Shown in pieces: positions 50,701 through 64,000 of a stretch of 64,000 nucleotides of DNA. Both the position numbers and the translations under genes were made by a program. This DNA is from Lingula anatina (lineage: Eukaryota; Animalia; Brachiopoda). The notes below the pieces were generated by a model, which saw nothing but the letters and a program-made list of their open reading frames with translations, did not search any database and was not told where the DNA came from. The DNA lies in assembly GCA_051362555.1 (NCBI GenBank), contig CM120640.1, positions 55,716,788-55,780,787 of the forward strand, written 5' to 3'. Position 1 is the stretch's first letter. Every line of letters starts with the position of its first letter.

Positions 50701-53700
50701 GCAAGTATTTTACATCCATTACGCCTCCAAAGTTCTAGTTCTGTTTTTTTTTCCTATACATTACAACTCAGTTGGAATGAACAGACACTAATCCAATTCC
50801 TGACTATGATTCAGTCTCATTTATGGATTATGTTTTTGCACACGGGATGAATTTGGAAGGTGTACAAGCACACTCATTTGCTCAGCCAGATTTCCAGGTA
50901 ACTTGAAATGTCAATTGGCCTGTGGGTTATTTTTGGTAATTCCCTGGATCAACCTATTCTAAATTGCCAGGAAAACCTGTCATATATTCTAAGTTGCATG
51001 ATTTAAGAATATGTTAAACTTAATTTTCAAGAGAGATTAGCAACCTCAAACCTGACACTCATACATGCTTGTCTATGAAGATACATATACAGAATTTTAT
51101 CTTTGATCTGCAATGAAGACCAGAAGTAATTTTCAAGGCACATCTAACATTTAAAGTGTATGTAAGGTATCTGGAAGTAAATCACTTGCTAATCATGCCC
51201 TTAGTTACATATGTCATGCTTGTTTGTGTTTATGTGTCTATGCAAAGTGGACTTCCATAGAGCACCTGCCTAATAATTAACAGAAATTAACATGAATATT
51301 TGATTTCTCTGAAAGTATAAAAACAAGCAAAGACATATACATGGGAGTGGAAATTTTATAAAGGAATATAAAAATTTTGTATGTGCATTATTAAGTGTCC
51401 CAACTGGGTGGTTGTCCTAGACATTCCCCAGGGGAGTATGCCTTGCCTAGGTGATATACATCTTATCTTAGTTCTGTGACATATAACAGTGTATTTACAG
51501 CCTTAGGAAAATAAGCCACCAAAGCTGTGAAAAACTTTTATCTTTTATGCTTTTTAGGACATATCCTTCAACCTATAAGAGCAAAACACTGATACTGTTC
51601 AGCTAGCACACATGTATATATGCGAGTAAGAAATACAAGATGATCAAACCAACATGCACACAAGCGCTTCTACTGACGTCATAAACACATCTTCCACATA
51701 ACATACTTAGACACTAATGTGACTTTTCACCCTTTAACTTTGCTAAAGCAGCCATTTCCAGCATGGCTTAAATTTCCATATCCAAAACGGCCCACTCACT
51801 ACTACAAATTTTGCACACGGCACTGTACTAGTGGGCTGTAGACACCACAGGTATCAGTTAAGGCTTAGACCTTTGGTAACAGTAAATTTTCACCTTTAAT
51901 GAGTACTTCTGATCTGCTGTAGAGTGCAGAGCTCTATCAGCTGCCAGATTGAATAAAATCTCTGTAGTGGTATACCATGAACATTTAGTTTATGTACACA
52001 AGTAAAAATTACCCATTCAATTATATATAAGACTTTAAAAAATACAATTACATTGAATATGAAGCATCAATAATGAATAATACCAAGGCAATACATATGC
52101 ACATTTATCCATTTCAAATGAAACCCAATTATACCCAAGACAAACAAAAATCATGTTTATTTTTCATAGGTAAAACTGCAGGTACATGTAATTTGTGTTC
52201 CAACAGTACAAAGTAACTACTTAGTAACTGCTATTTCAATCACCTCCAAAATAAATATATAATCTCCATTTTTCCCAATAAAAAAAAAAAAGGCAGCAAA
52301 GTCTCCACCCAATGCCGTTTCACCCCTAAATTTTCATTCTATAATGATTTAGTTTGTTGATTATTGATTATTGATTGATTAATGATCCGGATCACCACCA
52401 AAAACTAATCATCTGTTCCTTGGCCCACTTCTGACAGTTCCAGAAAATTCCATCAAAATCGATCCATAACTTTTTTAAAATTTTTGATTATTGATTGATT
52501 ATTGATCCTGATCACCACCAAAAACTAATCATCTTTTCCTTGGCCCACTTCTGACAGTTTCTGAAAATTTCATCAAAATCAGTCCATAACTTTTTCTGTA
52601 ATGTTGCTAACAGACAGACAGACAGACAGACAGATAGACATACAGACAAACTAACGGAACCAAAAACATAACCTCCTTGGCAGAGGTAATAATGAAGAAT
52701 TATTACCATATCAATATAGCAATTTTTCAAGTTTTTACAAATGCAATTCCACTCTGCAAATTCTCTTCAAAAAAAAAGTTTGCTCCTGTGTAAATGAAAC
52801 CCAAGATCTGTTTTTCCTACAATGCAATGATGGGTTGTACACCATCTAGTGCTAACAGACACTTTCCCAACTTTGCTAGACTCAAAACTAATTGTAATTT
52901 ACAGGGAGAAGCTGTGCAGACATACCATCCAAGGAAAAGTATTTGTACAAATGCAATTTCCAGAGGAAACCAGAGTCTGAAATGTAACAGCAACCCTGAT
53001 GTTGCTGGAAGAAATTTTTGACATTTGAATATACCTTGATTCTGGCACATCATACTGTATTGAGGTTAGATGTATTCAGGCTCCAAATATTAAGCTCAAT
53101 CCACATATTATTAGAAAAGTCAAGGAAAAAAGGTCAAGGAAAAGAGGTTATGTCAGTTAAGCTAGAATTTTTTATGTGGTCTGATTCTAACCATTTTCAG
53201 GTCCTCCACAAGATGGTCAATTTTCTTAACTCCGGAAGAGTATCAAAAAAATATAACTAAATGGTCTAGAAAAGTTATACCACAATAAGCAGACATGGAC
53301 TGCAATCTTGTGAAATATGTGTCATACAACTTAATAACAGACCAGCTTTTTAAGTTCCATCTCACATTTAGTGCACTTTAATAGAGGGAGAGAGGGGGAG
53401 AGGGGGAGAAAGAGAGTAATTAAATAGACTACCTAAGGTTATTACAAAACTTTTACCTGATATTTGATGTCATATCCTTAAAGGAAACACCAATTAAGGT
53501 AAGACATGGCTGAGGTCTAGGTCAGGTTATAATGATATACTTAATATGTATTATGACTGCCCATTTTTTTTACCTGCATTAAACCATAATCACAAATTTG
53601 AAATACCTCACTTATTCCATTATCCACCTTTTCAAGACATCTCACATTTAGTTACTTACAAAATCATACTTTCTGATATGAACCCAATAAATCAAATTAA

Positions 53701-56700
53701 AATGTTACTAATAAAATGTTATTTTGGGAAATTCATTGAGCATATTACTGGTGTATTGATTAATGAAGAGTGGTATGAGAAATGAAGTTATTGCATATAA
53801 TGTCAAAACTACACAAATCAGGATTAATGCAACTTATGCCCACTGTGGTATGTCTTTTAACACCTAAACCTTCAACTTCTTCATTGCATCATACAGTATA
53901 TCCCACTTCATTTTCAAACAAATAAAGGATCAAATGTATAGAGATAGGTAGATGGGTGCCAAGTGGGAGGGTAGGGATAACAGACAAAGAACAAAAGCAA
54001 CCTCTGACTTCCAAACTTATGGTTAAAATAGAAATGTAGAAAGACAGACACTTTCAGTCTATATCAGCATCAGAAATAAAATGACAGCTTAATTGTGCAA
54101 CAAGTGCTGCAGACACACATGAACAGAGAGAATCTGATTGACCTATCTTGTCAAAACTGCACCCCAGATGGAACTTACTTTATTTGTCTAACCTCTTCAT
54201 GGTTTGGGGTTGGAATCTAAGTGTCAACTTAAACAGCTACACATCTAAATGAGTGCTACATGCTCAAAGTGGTGCATATGTATCTTCTTATATGAAGCAC
54301 TACCAATGTTATCTGTAAGTGAGACATTCCAGGAAACATTCAAAAGTTTTTGGTTGATATATCATGTGCCAGCCTGCTTCAGCAAATGCCCAGTTCCCAC
54401 CTACCCACATATGTTGAAATGTTAAACTTACATGTATGTGTGTGTGTGTGTGTGTGGTCTTCATTGCTTTTACCTTCGCTTTTATATCAATACTTGTCAT
54501 CTCTGTTTATTTATTGGATAAATCTGATTTCACTTAGCATGCATTAATCATTCTTAGTACTTTCCATTTATAGAACAGGGTTTCATCTTCATTAAACTCT
54601 CTTGCACATATGACATGTCTTATAGTCCCTGTAAAATGTAAAATGTTCCTTAGGGTTCAATGGGAGACAAAATGATTTAATCTAAAAAAATGGTTCAAAT
54701 GATGATTACTCTCAGGGTTTATTTCAGTAGTCCAACAGAATGTAAAAATGTTAGATATTGACCCTAGTTCACTCTATCTGTTTTCCATATAGGCAATGCT
54801 TCAACAATATGATTGCTATCAAACTTTCACACCAATGAAAGTCTGAACAAAAAAAAAAGCTTTAAACCAACAATCTTTCCATGAATTAACCTTTGGTTTA
54901 AAAAAACCTTTAAATTAAAGAACATTTGGTCTAAATGTGACCTACATCCACTCTCCAGCACGACATTAAATGAGATGATCAAAATAAAAATTCAGATCAT
55001 AAATTTAACTTTATGTGACATTTTCACAAATGTTATAAAACTGTTTTACTGTCAAATAAATGGGATTCCCATCTTCTGGAAAAATACACATAAAATATGC
55101 ACTGCCAAAAATAATTTTCTATAAAAATGCAAATAACAATGTAGACAATTTTGAAATATCACGTGAACCTAGTTCAAAGGTAGATGTGAAGCACATGATA
55201 AAAAAGAGGAAATACCACTGAAGTCCTTTCCCCTTATCATTAACTATTACATCCACCTAAAAATACTGTAAATTATCTCCAATAATCTGATTTTACACTT
55301 TCTTAGAGTACCTTTCCTGCTGTGCTCAATAGCAATTACTACAATCTCCGGTATTATGGACATATGTATAACCTTTACATAGCGGGGCTAGTCAATACTT
55401 CAACCATAAGAGAAATGGGAGTTACCTTTATCTAATTTATATTGCTGTGACTAAGCAAATTTTCCAGGTTTGGGACTATTACTAATGGCCAAGCAATATT
55501 AATTATTGAATCTGAAAAATCTGAAACAACCTTACTTGCCTTTAACATTAAATATCTTAGAGTCTATATAGTCTGCTATAAAATAAATATACTTTAAGCA
55601 ATAAGGTTTTAAAATTCCTATTCACAGATAAACATTCACTTCAAAACTTGGAATAAAATTATTGATGAGAGTAAACTTAGTACAGAATTAGACTTGATCG
55701 TGCCACAACGAGGAACTTAGTTTAAAACACAAAGTTAATGTTCTTTTAATGGATTTGTAAGATATAGCAATACAATGTTATCACACAGATGCATTTTGTC
55801 AGCTTCTTTACCCATTCACACACAAACACGCAAACATACATGTACATGTACATTGACTATGACCCTTTCTTACCTCATCACAACCTTCACATCGAGGCTT
55901 ATAAATTTCCGCAAAATGGCGCTGACAATATAGTTTCTCTTCCTTTTGACAGTAAACGAGATCAACAAGCAGTTCATCACATGTGTTGCATACAAAGCAT
56001 GCAGGATGCCAGCAGACAGGGGCTTCCACCTTGGGTGCAAACACTGCCATGTCCCCCTTCTCTATCAAACCTTCACATTTGTGGCACACCTGTAATAAAA
56101 GGAGTATTATCATATAGTTTTGTCAAAATGATAAAGAAAAAATGTATCTTTATTGCTTTAGATCAAAATCTTAGTAAATTGAACCTTGACTCAATGGTCA
56201 AAAGGTGCAAACATTGCTTACCATTGGTTTGCAGATGTTTTCTAATTTATTACTTGGTATGTATATCAATGACTACTTTAATGACTATTTTAAACAAGAG
56301 AAGTGAAAATCAGCACCTGAACTTAAACCATAGCTGATCACATGACTAACATGTCATACAATGTAACGGAATTTTTTTCTAAAAATTCTGGAATCCAAAG
56401 AGATTGACATTAAAAGAAAGATCACAAGGCTATCAGCATCTGTTGTTATCAACAAATCAATCAACTAAACAGCTACAACAGTATCTTGGCCTTTACATCA
56501 CCTATTGGTCAGTTAGCTGAAAATGGGTCTGAAGAAGGTCACTGACAGTGACACACAAACAAAGCATAATATCTTCATTGTATGTAATTTGAGAACTTCT
56601 CACTGACTAATTGCAACAGTTGATATTTAAAGCACAATGGCACAGCCAGCTGCAATCTCAATGAAGAAACTACACACATAATCAATTCAGTCCTCCTACC

Positions 56701-59599
56701 AGATCTTCCTTCACATAATCTTGCACAACTCCAAGCCCCATGGCTAATTCATTGCGTAGCTCGACAAAATCCCTGAAGTTCTTCTTTTCTGCAGCACTCT
56801 TAAGACTCCTGCAGTACTCTTGGCAGAGATCCTGCCGTGGAAGTTGGTAGGTGATTTGCTGGTCCCGATATTTTTCTCCCTGGCTACCTCGCCGTGGCAC
56901 TTTATCATTTGGAAGTTGGTCCATATATTCATCTATCTGTTTCAGAGAGTATAAAATAAAGGATAAATTATCAATGCTCTCATGCTTTCAGCTAATAATT
57001 ACTTTTGGACACAAAAGGGTAATATCTTCAACAAAAAAATATTCTCTTAGCTTATTCTGTCCTGAGATTGTCCAATTTTCTCACCCTTGGGAATTTATGG
57101 TCAAATCATTTTTCACTATAAAGCCATATTTCATTCATTTTCATTAAAAAAATTTAAAATGATTACTATAATCATACTGCCATTAAGGTTCAATGCACTA
57201 AGCAGATTATATTGGGAGAAACTATTTATTGTAATTTTTATCAAATGTTGTATCAGATATCATAATGATCATCTGAGTAGCAATTTTTATGACAGGCGAT
57301 ATGTATTATTTCAAAAGAAAACAGGATTCCTTGCTAAGGGAATAAGGATATCTCAAATGACCACTTTCACAGTATTGTACAGTACAGCTTTATCTAAAAT
57401 GTATGTACACTTGTATTAATTACGTTATTATTAGAATCAAAGCACATATCTTTCTTTTTTGACAACCAATTGAAATTTAGTGCAATATGAACATATTTCA
57501 AAATGAGATAAAGTTAAATTCTCAGCCAGTAAAGAATAAACAGGTAAACAATTAACCTGCATTAAGAACGATAACTTTTCAATTTTGCATATGCTGTTTG
57601 AAACATATATTCAAGTAGATAAATATATAAATATATGATACAAATGACACAACTGAATGAATTTCTTTCTTACTCCAGGATAAATATATAATGCAACTTG
57701 TTCTTAGACTTTTTTTAATTGTCACATCCATTTTAGCATCAATTATACAAGTTAAGTAGAAGAATAATCTATATCCTTTTTATCAGATTAACATTTCACC
57801 ATGCTCATTATAGATTTTTGAGGCTTACAGAACTGATTAAGCTAGGTGTTAATCTCATCCCTTCGCATGTTTTAATTACTTTCTGTGGACACTGTGGTTT
57901 TGTAAAAGGCAGGGTAAACCATAAAGCATATCTACATAGTGGCAGGTATCTAAGCTACAGTGTTTCAAAAATAACATGGTCCTTAATCAAATATAAAACA
58001 GGCCACACATCACATTAACGATATCAGTTTCCAACACAGTTTGAAATGACATCACTCAAATGGATGCCAATTTCCTAGAACTTCTGTTGGGAGGAAACTT
58101 TCAGTGCCATACGAAAGGGAAAAAAGCAGATACAATATCTCATATTCAATTCTCCACGACTTCCCAGGTTTAATTACTGAGTGAAGTATCCCCGAGCAAT
58201 GATTAAAAAAGGTATCTGTACCATGAATCAAAAGCAACCAGTGTTCACTAAAGCCCTTTTTTATGACGTGTGCTTTTTCAAAGAAAGTATTATGCCTATT
58301 GTTCAGGAAAAAATTGTTTGAACTTTGTGGCAAACATCATAATTAATATCCTTGCCTTACTTATTGTCATTTGTCATTTATCTAATTACTTAATTTCCAT
58401 CCCTTTTGTTGTGTTTATGTACGCAAATAAGCATTGTGGTTTTATTTTTCTAATTTTAGAACTGCTCAGGAAGCTTCTTGCCTTTCTTTTTTTTTTTTTT
58501 TTCTTATTTGTCTTTGTCCTTTGTATCCAATAAAATTTTCTGACATTAAATGTCTGGTTTTCTGAAACTCATGTAGGTAATTTAGCTAAAACAAATAACG
58601 TCCTGGAGCTACCCCAGAAGATTGTGTAAAATAATAATTTCACCTAAATTATCTCTAAACAGATTGAAAAATTATGGAAATTGTTTAAAACAATAAATGC
58701 CAGCCATACTTAAAGCATAATTCTGATTAATTTTGGGCAACTAAAGACAGTCACAAGAGGACAGTTCAGTCCATTTGGTCAATACAACAGTAGTCAGTGT
58801 GTCTGCCCGCCTGGTCCTGAGACGCATTATGTAGGCAAAACTCTAGTAAATAAACATCTATTTGTAAATTCCTGAGATACTCTTCCAGTGATAGATAAAG
58901 AAAAATTATCTGTAGATAGGGGTTCAAAGAAGTTAAATGGTAAAATTTACACTTTTGCAAAGCAAGCTGTTTATTGATGGCATACACTAACTAAACCCAC
59001 AGAGTTGGTGAAATAGCATTAAAATCAAACCTCATCACATATAAATTATAACATGATTTCCAACAAGAAATGAAGGCTCAAATAATGTGGTTGTAAAGCC
59101 AAAGAGGTGTAAATGTTGAAAGTATTGTAATCCTTCACTTATTAAGTTTCAAATGTATGTAACCCACCTCTACATATGAGAACATGCAGATACCAACATT
59201 CAAAGCTCCTGCAAACAACAGGGACTGACTTACCCTGTCCATGGCCAGGCCGAGTGGTGCCCATGTATAACCCATCTTATATATCTTGTCCTTCCCTAAA
59301 CTTTGAGCCGTTTCAGGAGAGCTCTGCCAGCCAATTCTGTCACTGATGTTGACAAAGCCATCATTATATATGTCATGGTCATATCTGGCACACTTGCAGT
59401 TTACACAACTTTTCCTGTAAAAAAAGCATAAAACAGTAAATGATTTTTATCAGTCTCTTTGAATCCAGACCTTTATGCAGTGTAGTCACTGTGCAGTTAA
59501 GTGTTTGAACTTTGAGTTCTACCTATAACATGCATTTTCAGAACAAGCACAGTGAGGTCAGATATATGCCAGATGTCAAAAATGATTTTTGTCTGTCAT

Positions 59600-59642
<43 letters not shown>

Positions 59643-62198
59643 ATTTAAAAAAAAAGTTTTTTGGCAAAAAAAACTCATTCAACTCTTCAAAGCATAATAC
59701 TGTATAAAATGCTACTCTCTGACAGCTAAAGATAGATATGCCACCAACATTTTCTAATGAGAATAATTGTAAGTGAAATTATATCTGCAAGTATATCAAT
59801 CTTGCATTAGATTAATTTCCGCAGATCTGACTAGTTTTACCCACTCATCTGTTAGAGAAGATTTTAGGATATCAAACAGTAGCATAAAAACAGTTTAACA
59901 TTTTTCCCTCCATGTCTGAGAAATAATTAAAGCACATTTTAAAACATTTAGATTATGTTTTCACGTATACTCCCCACAACTTATCCTCTATCAGGGTCAC
60001 AATTTTTTTAGCAGATATTTCTCTGGTTTTCACTAGCTGAGCAAATTTCTGTGCTGAATTTTTTTTTTTTTTTTTTTTTTTTTTGGGGGGGGGGGGAGGC
60101 ACAAAACTGATGTCATAACCCAGCTGGCCTCTGGTGGGGAGTACCCACACCTGTGTACCCAGCTGGTGAACAATTATACACACACACATTGGACTACTAG
60201 TATGTCATTATGGTGATCTGAATTTCAAATCTTTCAGTATCGCAATTTCATTGGGGGTCTACAAAATAAATACATTTCGTATTATGATGATTTAACGTGC
60301 ACAATATCAGATCTCTGGAAGGAGGGAGGGGATGAGAGGTCAGGTGCATTTGCATCAAACTTTGAAATGGCCAAAAGGTATGTGTAATTCACTGTACCAC
60401 TTAATCTCTGCACCAGAATCAAAACTGTGACACATCTTTAACAAGGGGAATTTCCAAGGTGCTTCCCTATGAAAGAATGTTTAATTTGAAACAAAACAAG
60501 ACATTTTTTCAAAGATTAAAATTTGCTACACATTAAAAAAATGAATTTGAAAAGTAAAACATTGTATGTGATGGATGCAAATCCCGTTCTAGTTTAAAAC
60601 AGTATAAACAGATATATAACAAACAGATATATAATTTTAAAAAACATACTAGATCTATTCCATCAATACCAGTACATTTTGAAAAAAAGAAATTAAGGTG
60701 TTACCTAAAAAAGCATCCAGCAGGAAATGCATAAATAAAGCACAAATGCATTCATGTGTTCATCATCTTCTACAAAACACTTAAAGATAACTAGAGAAAT
60801 AAAAAGGCAAAATACCAGTTCATTTTCAGTCTGCCTTTGAAGAAGATGAATAACAAGCAAGATACCAAGAAATAATCTTTGCTGTAATCTGTCAAAAAGC
60901 CAACTGTTCCTGGAATATGGTCAAGCTCTTGAGCTCTTCAATTGTCTTTGTAAATCAATTGTTTCTATGCCAGAAGATTAATTGTTTTAAGCAGACCATA
61001 TATCAGGGAGTTAATGGTAAATAAAGCACTTCACCTAAACCTCTGTTCTGATTGATTGCGCAAATCTGCTTTCACAACAGTGAACCAGCCAAGTTTTGTT
61101 TAAGCATTACCTTTAAATGTTTCTGATATTGCCAGATGGATGGGAGAACAAACAAGGAATGGATGAGGGACACGGGTATGAACTGGGGTTTACTTTATGA
61201 CCAGAAACCACGTGTATCATTACAATGGAAAAAGAATAAATATGAAAGAAAAAGTAACCAATCTCAATGAATCTGTTTTGCTCAAATTTTCTGACACATT
61301 GAAGAAAATTAATATAAACAGTTGTTGAATAACTTTTCATTGAAGAGCTACCATGTAGCCAACTATGGCATCTTTGTCTCACAGGCCTAAAATCAACAAT
61401 ATCTACTGATTAAGAAGAAAATGTTGAATGGCGTATACAAAAACAAAATTGATCTTTATATAACAATATATTAAAAGTGTATAACAGAAAATGCATAGAG
61501 AAATTATGCTCATTTTCACCTGGTATTAACTACAAACTGTCCTAAATTATATCCACTCAAGGACAGGTAAATAAGAGACCATTCCCAGAGACTATCGTAC
61601 TAACTTTGGATGGAACTATCTCTAAAGGGATTCTCACTTAATTGCAATTAACTTGGGCAGCTTAGATGTCTGTTATGCCTCCTGAAGCTGATAGGGGGTA
61701 ACTATGGTTTAGCAGCTTTAGTAGGCGTACCAGATGTCTAAGCCACTTGAGCTGAAAGCAATTTAGACCCCGTGGAGATGGACCGATTCTGTTAGATCCA
61801 TCTAGGGATGGGAACCCAGTCTAAGTCTCTATACAGCTGCAGTAACAATGCAATAAAATACTTTGTTTAATTGGGGAAAAAAGAAGACTTTTCAGAAGCA
61901 CCAACAGATGATAAATGATTTTTTACATCCTGTTTAAGCTTTCAAAGATGGTAATATGTCTGTGCAGAGAAAGTGATATAACTGAACCTGGTACTATAAA
62001 ATCCCTGACAAATTAATTGGTCAACACATTTTAGCTCATGAACCACTGAAATCTAAAACACGTCTTACTACATAGCTGATGTACACATTTATTTCCTATA
62101 CCCAATTCTTACCTCCAAACATGAGGGATGAACCCAGGGCATCTTTCTTCACATATAAGGCAGGGCTGTCCTTCATCTACTTCATTGATGACAACTCC
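26632..62198 (-). CDS. Lmpt: PET + six-LIM-domain protein (Limpet / LIM-9 / FHL2-like), spliced
   Basis: Exons 62198-62113, 59414-59234, 56936-56700, 56089-55874, 33185-32985, 32042-31868, 30917-30748, 28296-28110, 26777-26632 join in one frame. They give a testin-type Cys-rich N-terminus (PCLICEERCPGF.PHVWRKSCVNCKC), a PET domain (GYTWAP...QLPRQD) and six LIM domains, including LIFAGEYTKAM..DWHSGHF and GIGGTKFISFEDRHWH. About 536 aa with the candidate MDPS first exon. Confidence 0.9.
28110..28296 (-). CDS. Lmpt: PET-LIM exon, LIM5
   Basis: AINKGGVTYKGDPWHRECFTC...; tag/gtttgt boundaries. Confidence 0.93.
29439..29565 (-). CDS. Candidate alternative exon (half-LIM + stop; second frame open)
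   Basis: ttctcccacag acceptor. Phase-0 reading VIYKDGVKSQGNYWHKAC...* parallels the LIM5 exon. GTATGT donor. Confidence 0.55.
30748..30917 (-). CDS. Lmpt: PET-LIM exon, LIM4
   Basis: MKKFEYKGKQWHEHCF...; cag/gtaagg boundaries. Confidence 0.94.
31543..31830. mobile_element. PIF/Harbinger-type (Tourist-like) MITE, copy 1
   Basis: ~90-bp imperfect TIRs starting GGGGCCATTCAGAATAGAAGAT; 3-bp TSD CAA. Confidence 0.85.
31868..32042 (-). CDS. Lmpt: PET-LIM exon, LIM3
   Basis: DLSYKDKHWHEKCF...; tag/gtgaga boundaries. Confidence 0.94.
32985..33185 (-). CDS. Lmpt: PET-LIM exon, LIM2
   Basis: LIFAGEYTKAMEQDWHSGHFAC...; cag/gtaaaa boundaries. Confidence 0.94.
36429..36707. mobile_element. PIF/Harbinger-type MITE, copy 2
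   Basis: Same TIRs as copy 1; 3-bp TSD TAA; central core in opposite orientation. Confidence 0.85.
40352..40477 (-). CDS. Candidate alternative first coding exon of a short FHL-like isoform
   Basis: MSSELDDSSEIKPTSS...INEPDE ends in phase 0 at GAG|gtagga, in frame with LIFAGEY. TATAAAA at ~40924-40930 upstream. Confidence 0.5.
42751..42935. repeat. Diverged tandem duplication (period 101 bp)
   Basis: cagattagactgattcagtg occurs at 42751 and 42852 with continuing similarity. Confidence 0.8.
44179..44391. mobile_element. Young foldback MITE with 63-bp perfect inverted arms
   Basis: 44183-44245 is the exact reverse complement of 44325-44387. Flanks TAA/TTA. CpGs are retained. Confidence 0.85.
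45700..46160 (+). mobile_element. Degenerate Gypsy pol fragment (PR-RT linker / RT N-terminus)
   Basis: DIFSQSDEDVGFTSLVKHRTVL...PFMQRHSRIPLSMYQEVRNHI aligns by eye with SVFAQHKLDIGKTSVVKHGIEL...PFKDRSRRIPPALYEEVREYL of the intact element. Frameshifted upstream. Boundaries approximate. Confidence 0.82.
49825..50113. mobile_element. Related MITE subfamily
   Basis: TIRs GGCCCCATTCAGAATAGATGATC...AAATATGG / CCATATTT...GATCATCTATTATGAATGGGGCC. Outer TIR resembles copies 1 and 2; the interior differs. Confidence 0.75.
52293..52691 (-). mobile_element. Non-autonomous Helentron-like element (HINE/pearl-type)
   Basis: Terminal hairpin ACCTC-cttggca-GAGGT (52671-52687), (ACAG)n microsatellite (~52610-52646), two ~121-bp core repeats and a decayed copy of the subterminal motif at ~52300-52316. 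Confidence 0.7.
55874..56089 (-). CDS. Lmpt: PET-LIM exon, LIM1
   Basis: CHKC...WHPACFVC..C.ELLVDL.Y....LYCQRHF; cag/gtaaga boundaries. Confidence 0.93.
56700..56936 (-). CDS. Lmpt: PET-LIM exon, PET domain core
   Basis: IDEYMDQLPNDKVP..GS.GEKYR..Q...QLPRQD; cag/gtagga boundaries. Confidence 0.92.
59234..59414 (-). CDS. Lmpt: PET-LIM exon (KSCVNCKC...GYTWAPLGLAMDR)
   Basis: cag/gtaagt boundaries. Confidence 0.9.
59602..59640. repeat. (GA)n microsatellite
   Basis: Directly visible. Confidence 0.95.
61520..61815. mobile_element. Degenerate element related to 16387-16594
   Basis: Starts cattcccagaga and shares the gctta.atgtctgt...aagctg..agggggta interior. Boundaries approximate. Confidence 0.35.
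62113..62198 (-). CDS. Lmpt: PET-LIM exon (GVVINEVDEGQPCLICEERCPGFIPHVW)
   Basis: tag/gtaaga boundaries; Cys-rich domain. Confidence 0.88.
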
Positions 62199-62758
62199 CT
62201 AGGGAAAAAGACAAGAAATAAAACTTTAAACACCACAGCACTATTAATGATTTCAGTAATGAGAAAGTTTCTACCTCACATTAGGCCAGGTGGGAGAACT
62301 GAATATTTGCTTGTCATGCTTGGAAAATCATCAAAATATTACTGAAATGAAGCTGTAGTTATATTTTGAAATGAAACAGTATTATCATTATTCAGTATAT
62401 AATCAAATAATACCATGCAGTAATTTTTTTCAAGAAAAAAAGGAAAAGTTCTGGAAAAATAGGCAAAATAATTTTTTCTGTGTATTCAGCTTCTCATTTA
62501 CAGCAAGATGTAACTAGAAGCACATACGAATGTTGACCTGGAATGACCAACCAGGACCTTATATCAGAGGGGATGGTAACCACTGTGTCAACATGTCTCT
62601 ACGCTATCAACACATTTGATGGACATAACCTTGAACTAAAAAAAAAAAAGATGATGGGCCATGTTCAGGATGGTCCAAAAACATTGTTGGCTTCAAATGT
62701 GTTACAAGATGACAAATTTAAACTAATTTACAAAGAAACTGCATGACTTGAATTTCAG

Positions 62759-62785
62759 TCTCTCTCTCTCTCTCTCTCTCTCTCT
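62759..62785. repeat. (TC)n microsatellite
   Basis: Directly visible. Confidence 0.95.
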
Positions 62786-62825
62786 GTACATCTTCATCAA
62801 TCAGTAATTTAGACATCTAACTCAC

Positions 62826-62837
62826 AGATGGATCCAT
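62826..62837 (-). CDS. Candidate start-codon exon of the PET-LIM gene (MDPS)
   Basis: ATG GAT CCA TCT followed by a consensus GTGAGT donor, phase 0, compatible with the exon at 62198. The true start could lie outside the window. Confidence 0.4.
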
Positions 62838-64000
62838 GTGAGTTTATTGTAAAGCAATCTTTAAATATCTTATAACTATTGAAATGTTCAGCAAAAATTC
62901 TTAAACATGGCTTTACAGTTAACACAACACCACTCCATTTGCTTTTCTCCATTTGGGTCAGAAATATTCAGATCCTGGATCCAGTTTATCAGAAAACAAG
63001 GATAGCACACTTCAATAAAAAAAAAGTTAAAATCACATTAGAAATTCTTAAAATGTGACATTTCTGTATTCAAAAAATAAGAATCTGGCTTTTAACCATA
63101 TTACATATGTTTTAAAAAGATTATGTTATTATTGGAACCAATTAGCAATTACCAAATTTGACTAAATAACATCACCACAAGCAAACTAGTTGCATTGACT
63201 GCATTCACATTCAAACATCATACCAGTTGGATTGATCCAATTCTGCAAGGGATTCTTGCTAAATTGCATTCAGTGTTATCAGTTTTATTGTCTGACACAC
63301 CTCCCTGAGTAGCTAATTAAATAGTTAATTACCCCCTACCAACTTGAGAAGGCATGTCAGACATTTATAGTAAGCCAATTACAGTGATTGCACTTAGGGA
63401 GAATCTCCAGTAGAGTTGGATCGGTCCAGCTGGTATGATGGGTTTATCTGAACACTCCCATTGAAGTGGATAATCATTCTTAGTATTATTAGCATCACAT
63501 TCAGTGGGTGCTTGCAAAAATACCACTAAGTGTGTGCTCTAGAAGTCTTCCACAGATAGGAACTGCCTTATCAGAACTAGACATTCATTGTATTTTCATG
63601 CAGCTCAATGTGCTATATAATGTAAACACTTCAGTGTACATGTACTATTTTCTGGATCCTCAGCCCACCTGTATGCTTTTGTGTACATTTGTTTTGTATA
63701 TGTGAGTGAACAAAAACGGTTTCCACAATTAACTTCATATTTGTAGTGTAAAATAACATTTGTAAGTTCAAACTGCTTAATTTTTAGTAATCCATTCCAA
63801 AGAAAAAAAAATTTAATTGAATTTGGGATATTTCCAATATAACATCTGTAACTTTACATTGTACCTAAAGGAGTAAAAAAAATATTATTATGCAATTAAG
63901 AAAAGCAAAGTAAAGCTATTTTGCCCTACTCTATATTCATGCCTTTTTACAACAAAACAGTACAGTGCTTGGTGGAATTTCAGTACAATCTCAAATCTTT

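Noticed and set aside
55789-56337. 182-aa plus-strand ORF
   Set aside because: Antisense to the LIM1 exon and adjacent low-complexity intron; no motifs.

Overview
AT-rich, intron-containing eukaryotic DNA, most likely from a non-vertebrate animal; the species cannot be determined from the sequence. It has three main components. (1) 688..9242: a complete and apparently very young Ty3/Gypsy LTR retrotransposon on the minus strand. It has two 302-bp LTRs that are identical by eye, a TTGA target-site duplication, a tRNA-Ser-type PBS, a PNMA-like Gag and an intact PR-RT-RNaseH-IN Pol. Gag and Pol are joined by a U_UUA_AAC slippery site followed by a predicted H-type pseudoknot. (2) ~12792..19808 (+): an SSUH2-like gene with at least 9 coding exons, DnaJ-type CxxCxGxG repeats and a C-terminal CaaX motif. 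(3) 26632..~62837 (-): a PET + 6 LIM gene of the Limpet/LIM-9 (FHL-related) type, with candidate alternative first exons, a dual-frame half-LIM exon and microexons. The two genes converge and their 3' ends appear to meet near 23.6 kb. Introns and UTRs carry several MITEs, a Helentron-like non-autonomous element, a Penelope relic, a Gypsy relic and microsatellites. Most short ORFs in the supplied track are noise. All exon boundaries were read by eye from GT/AG sites and frame continuity.
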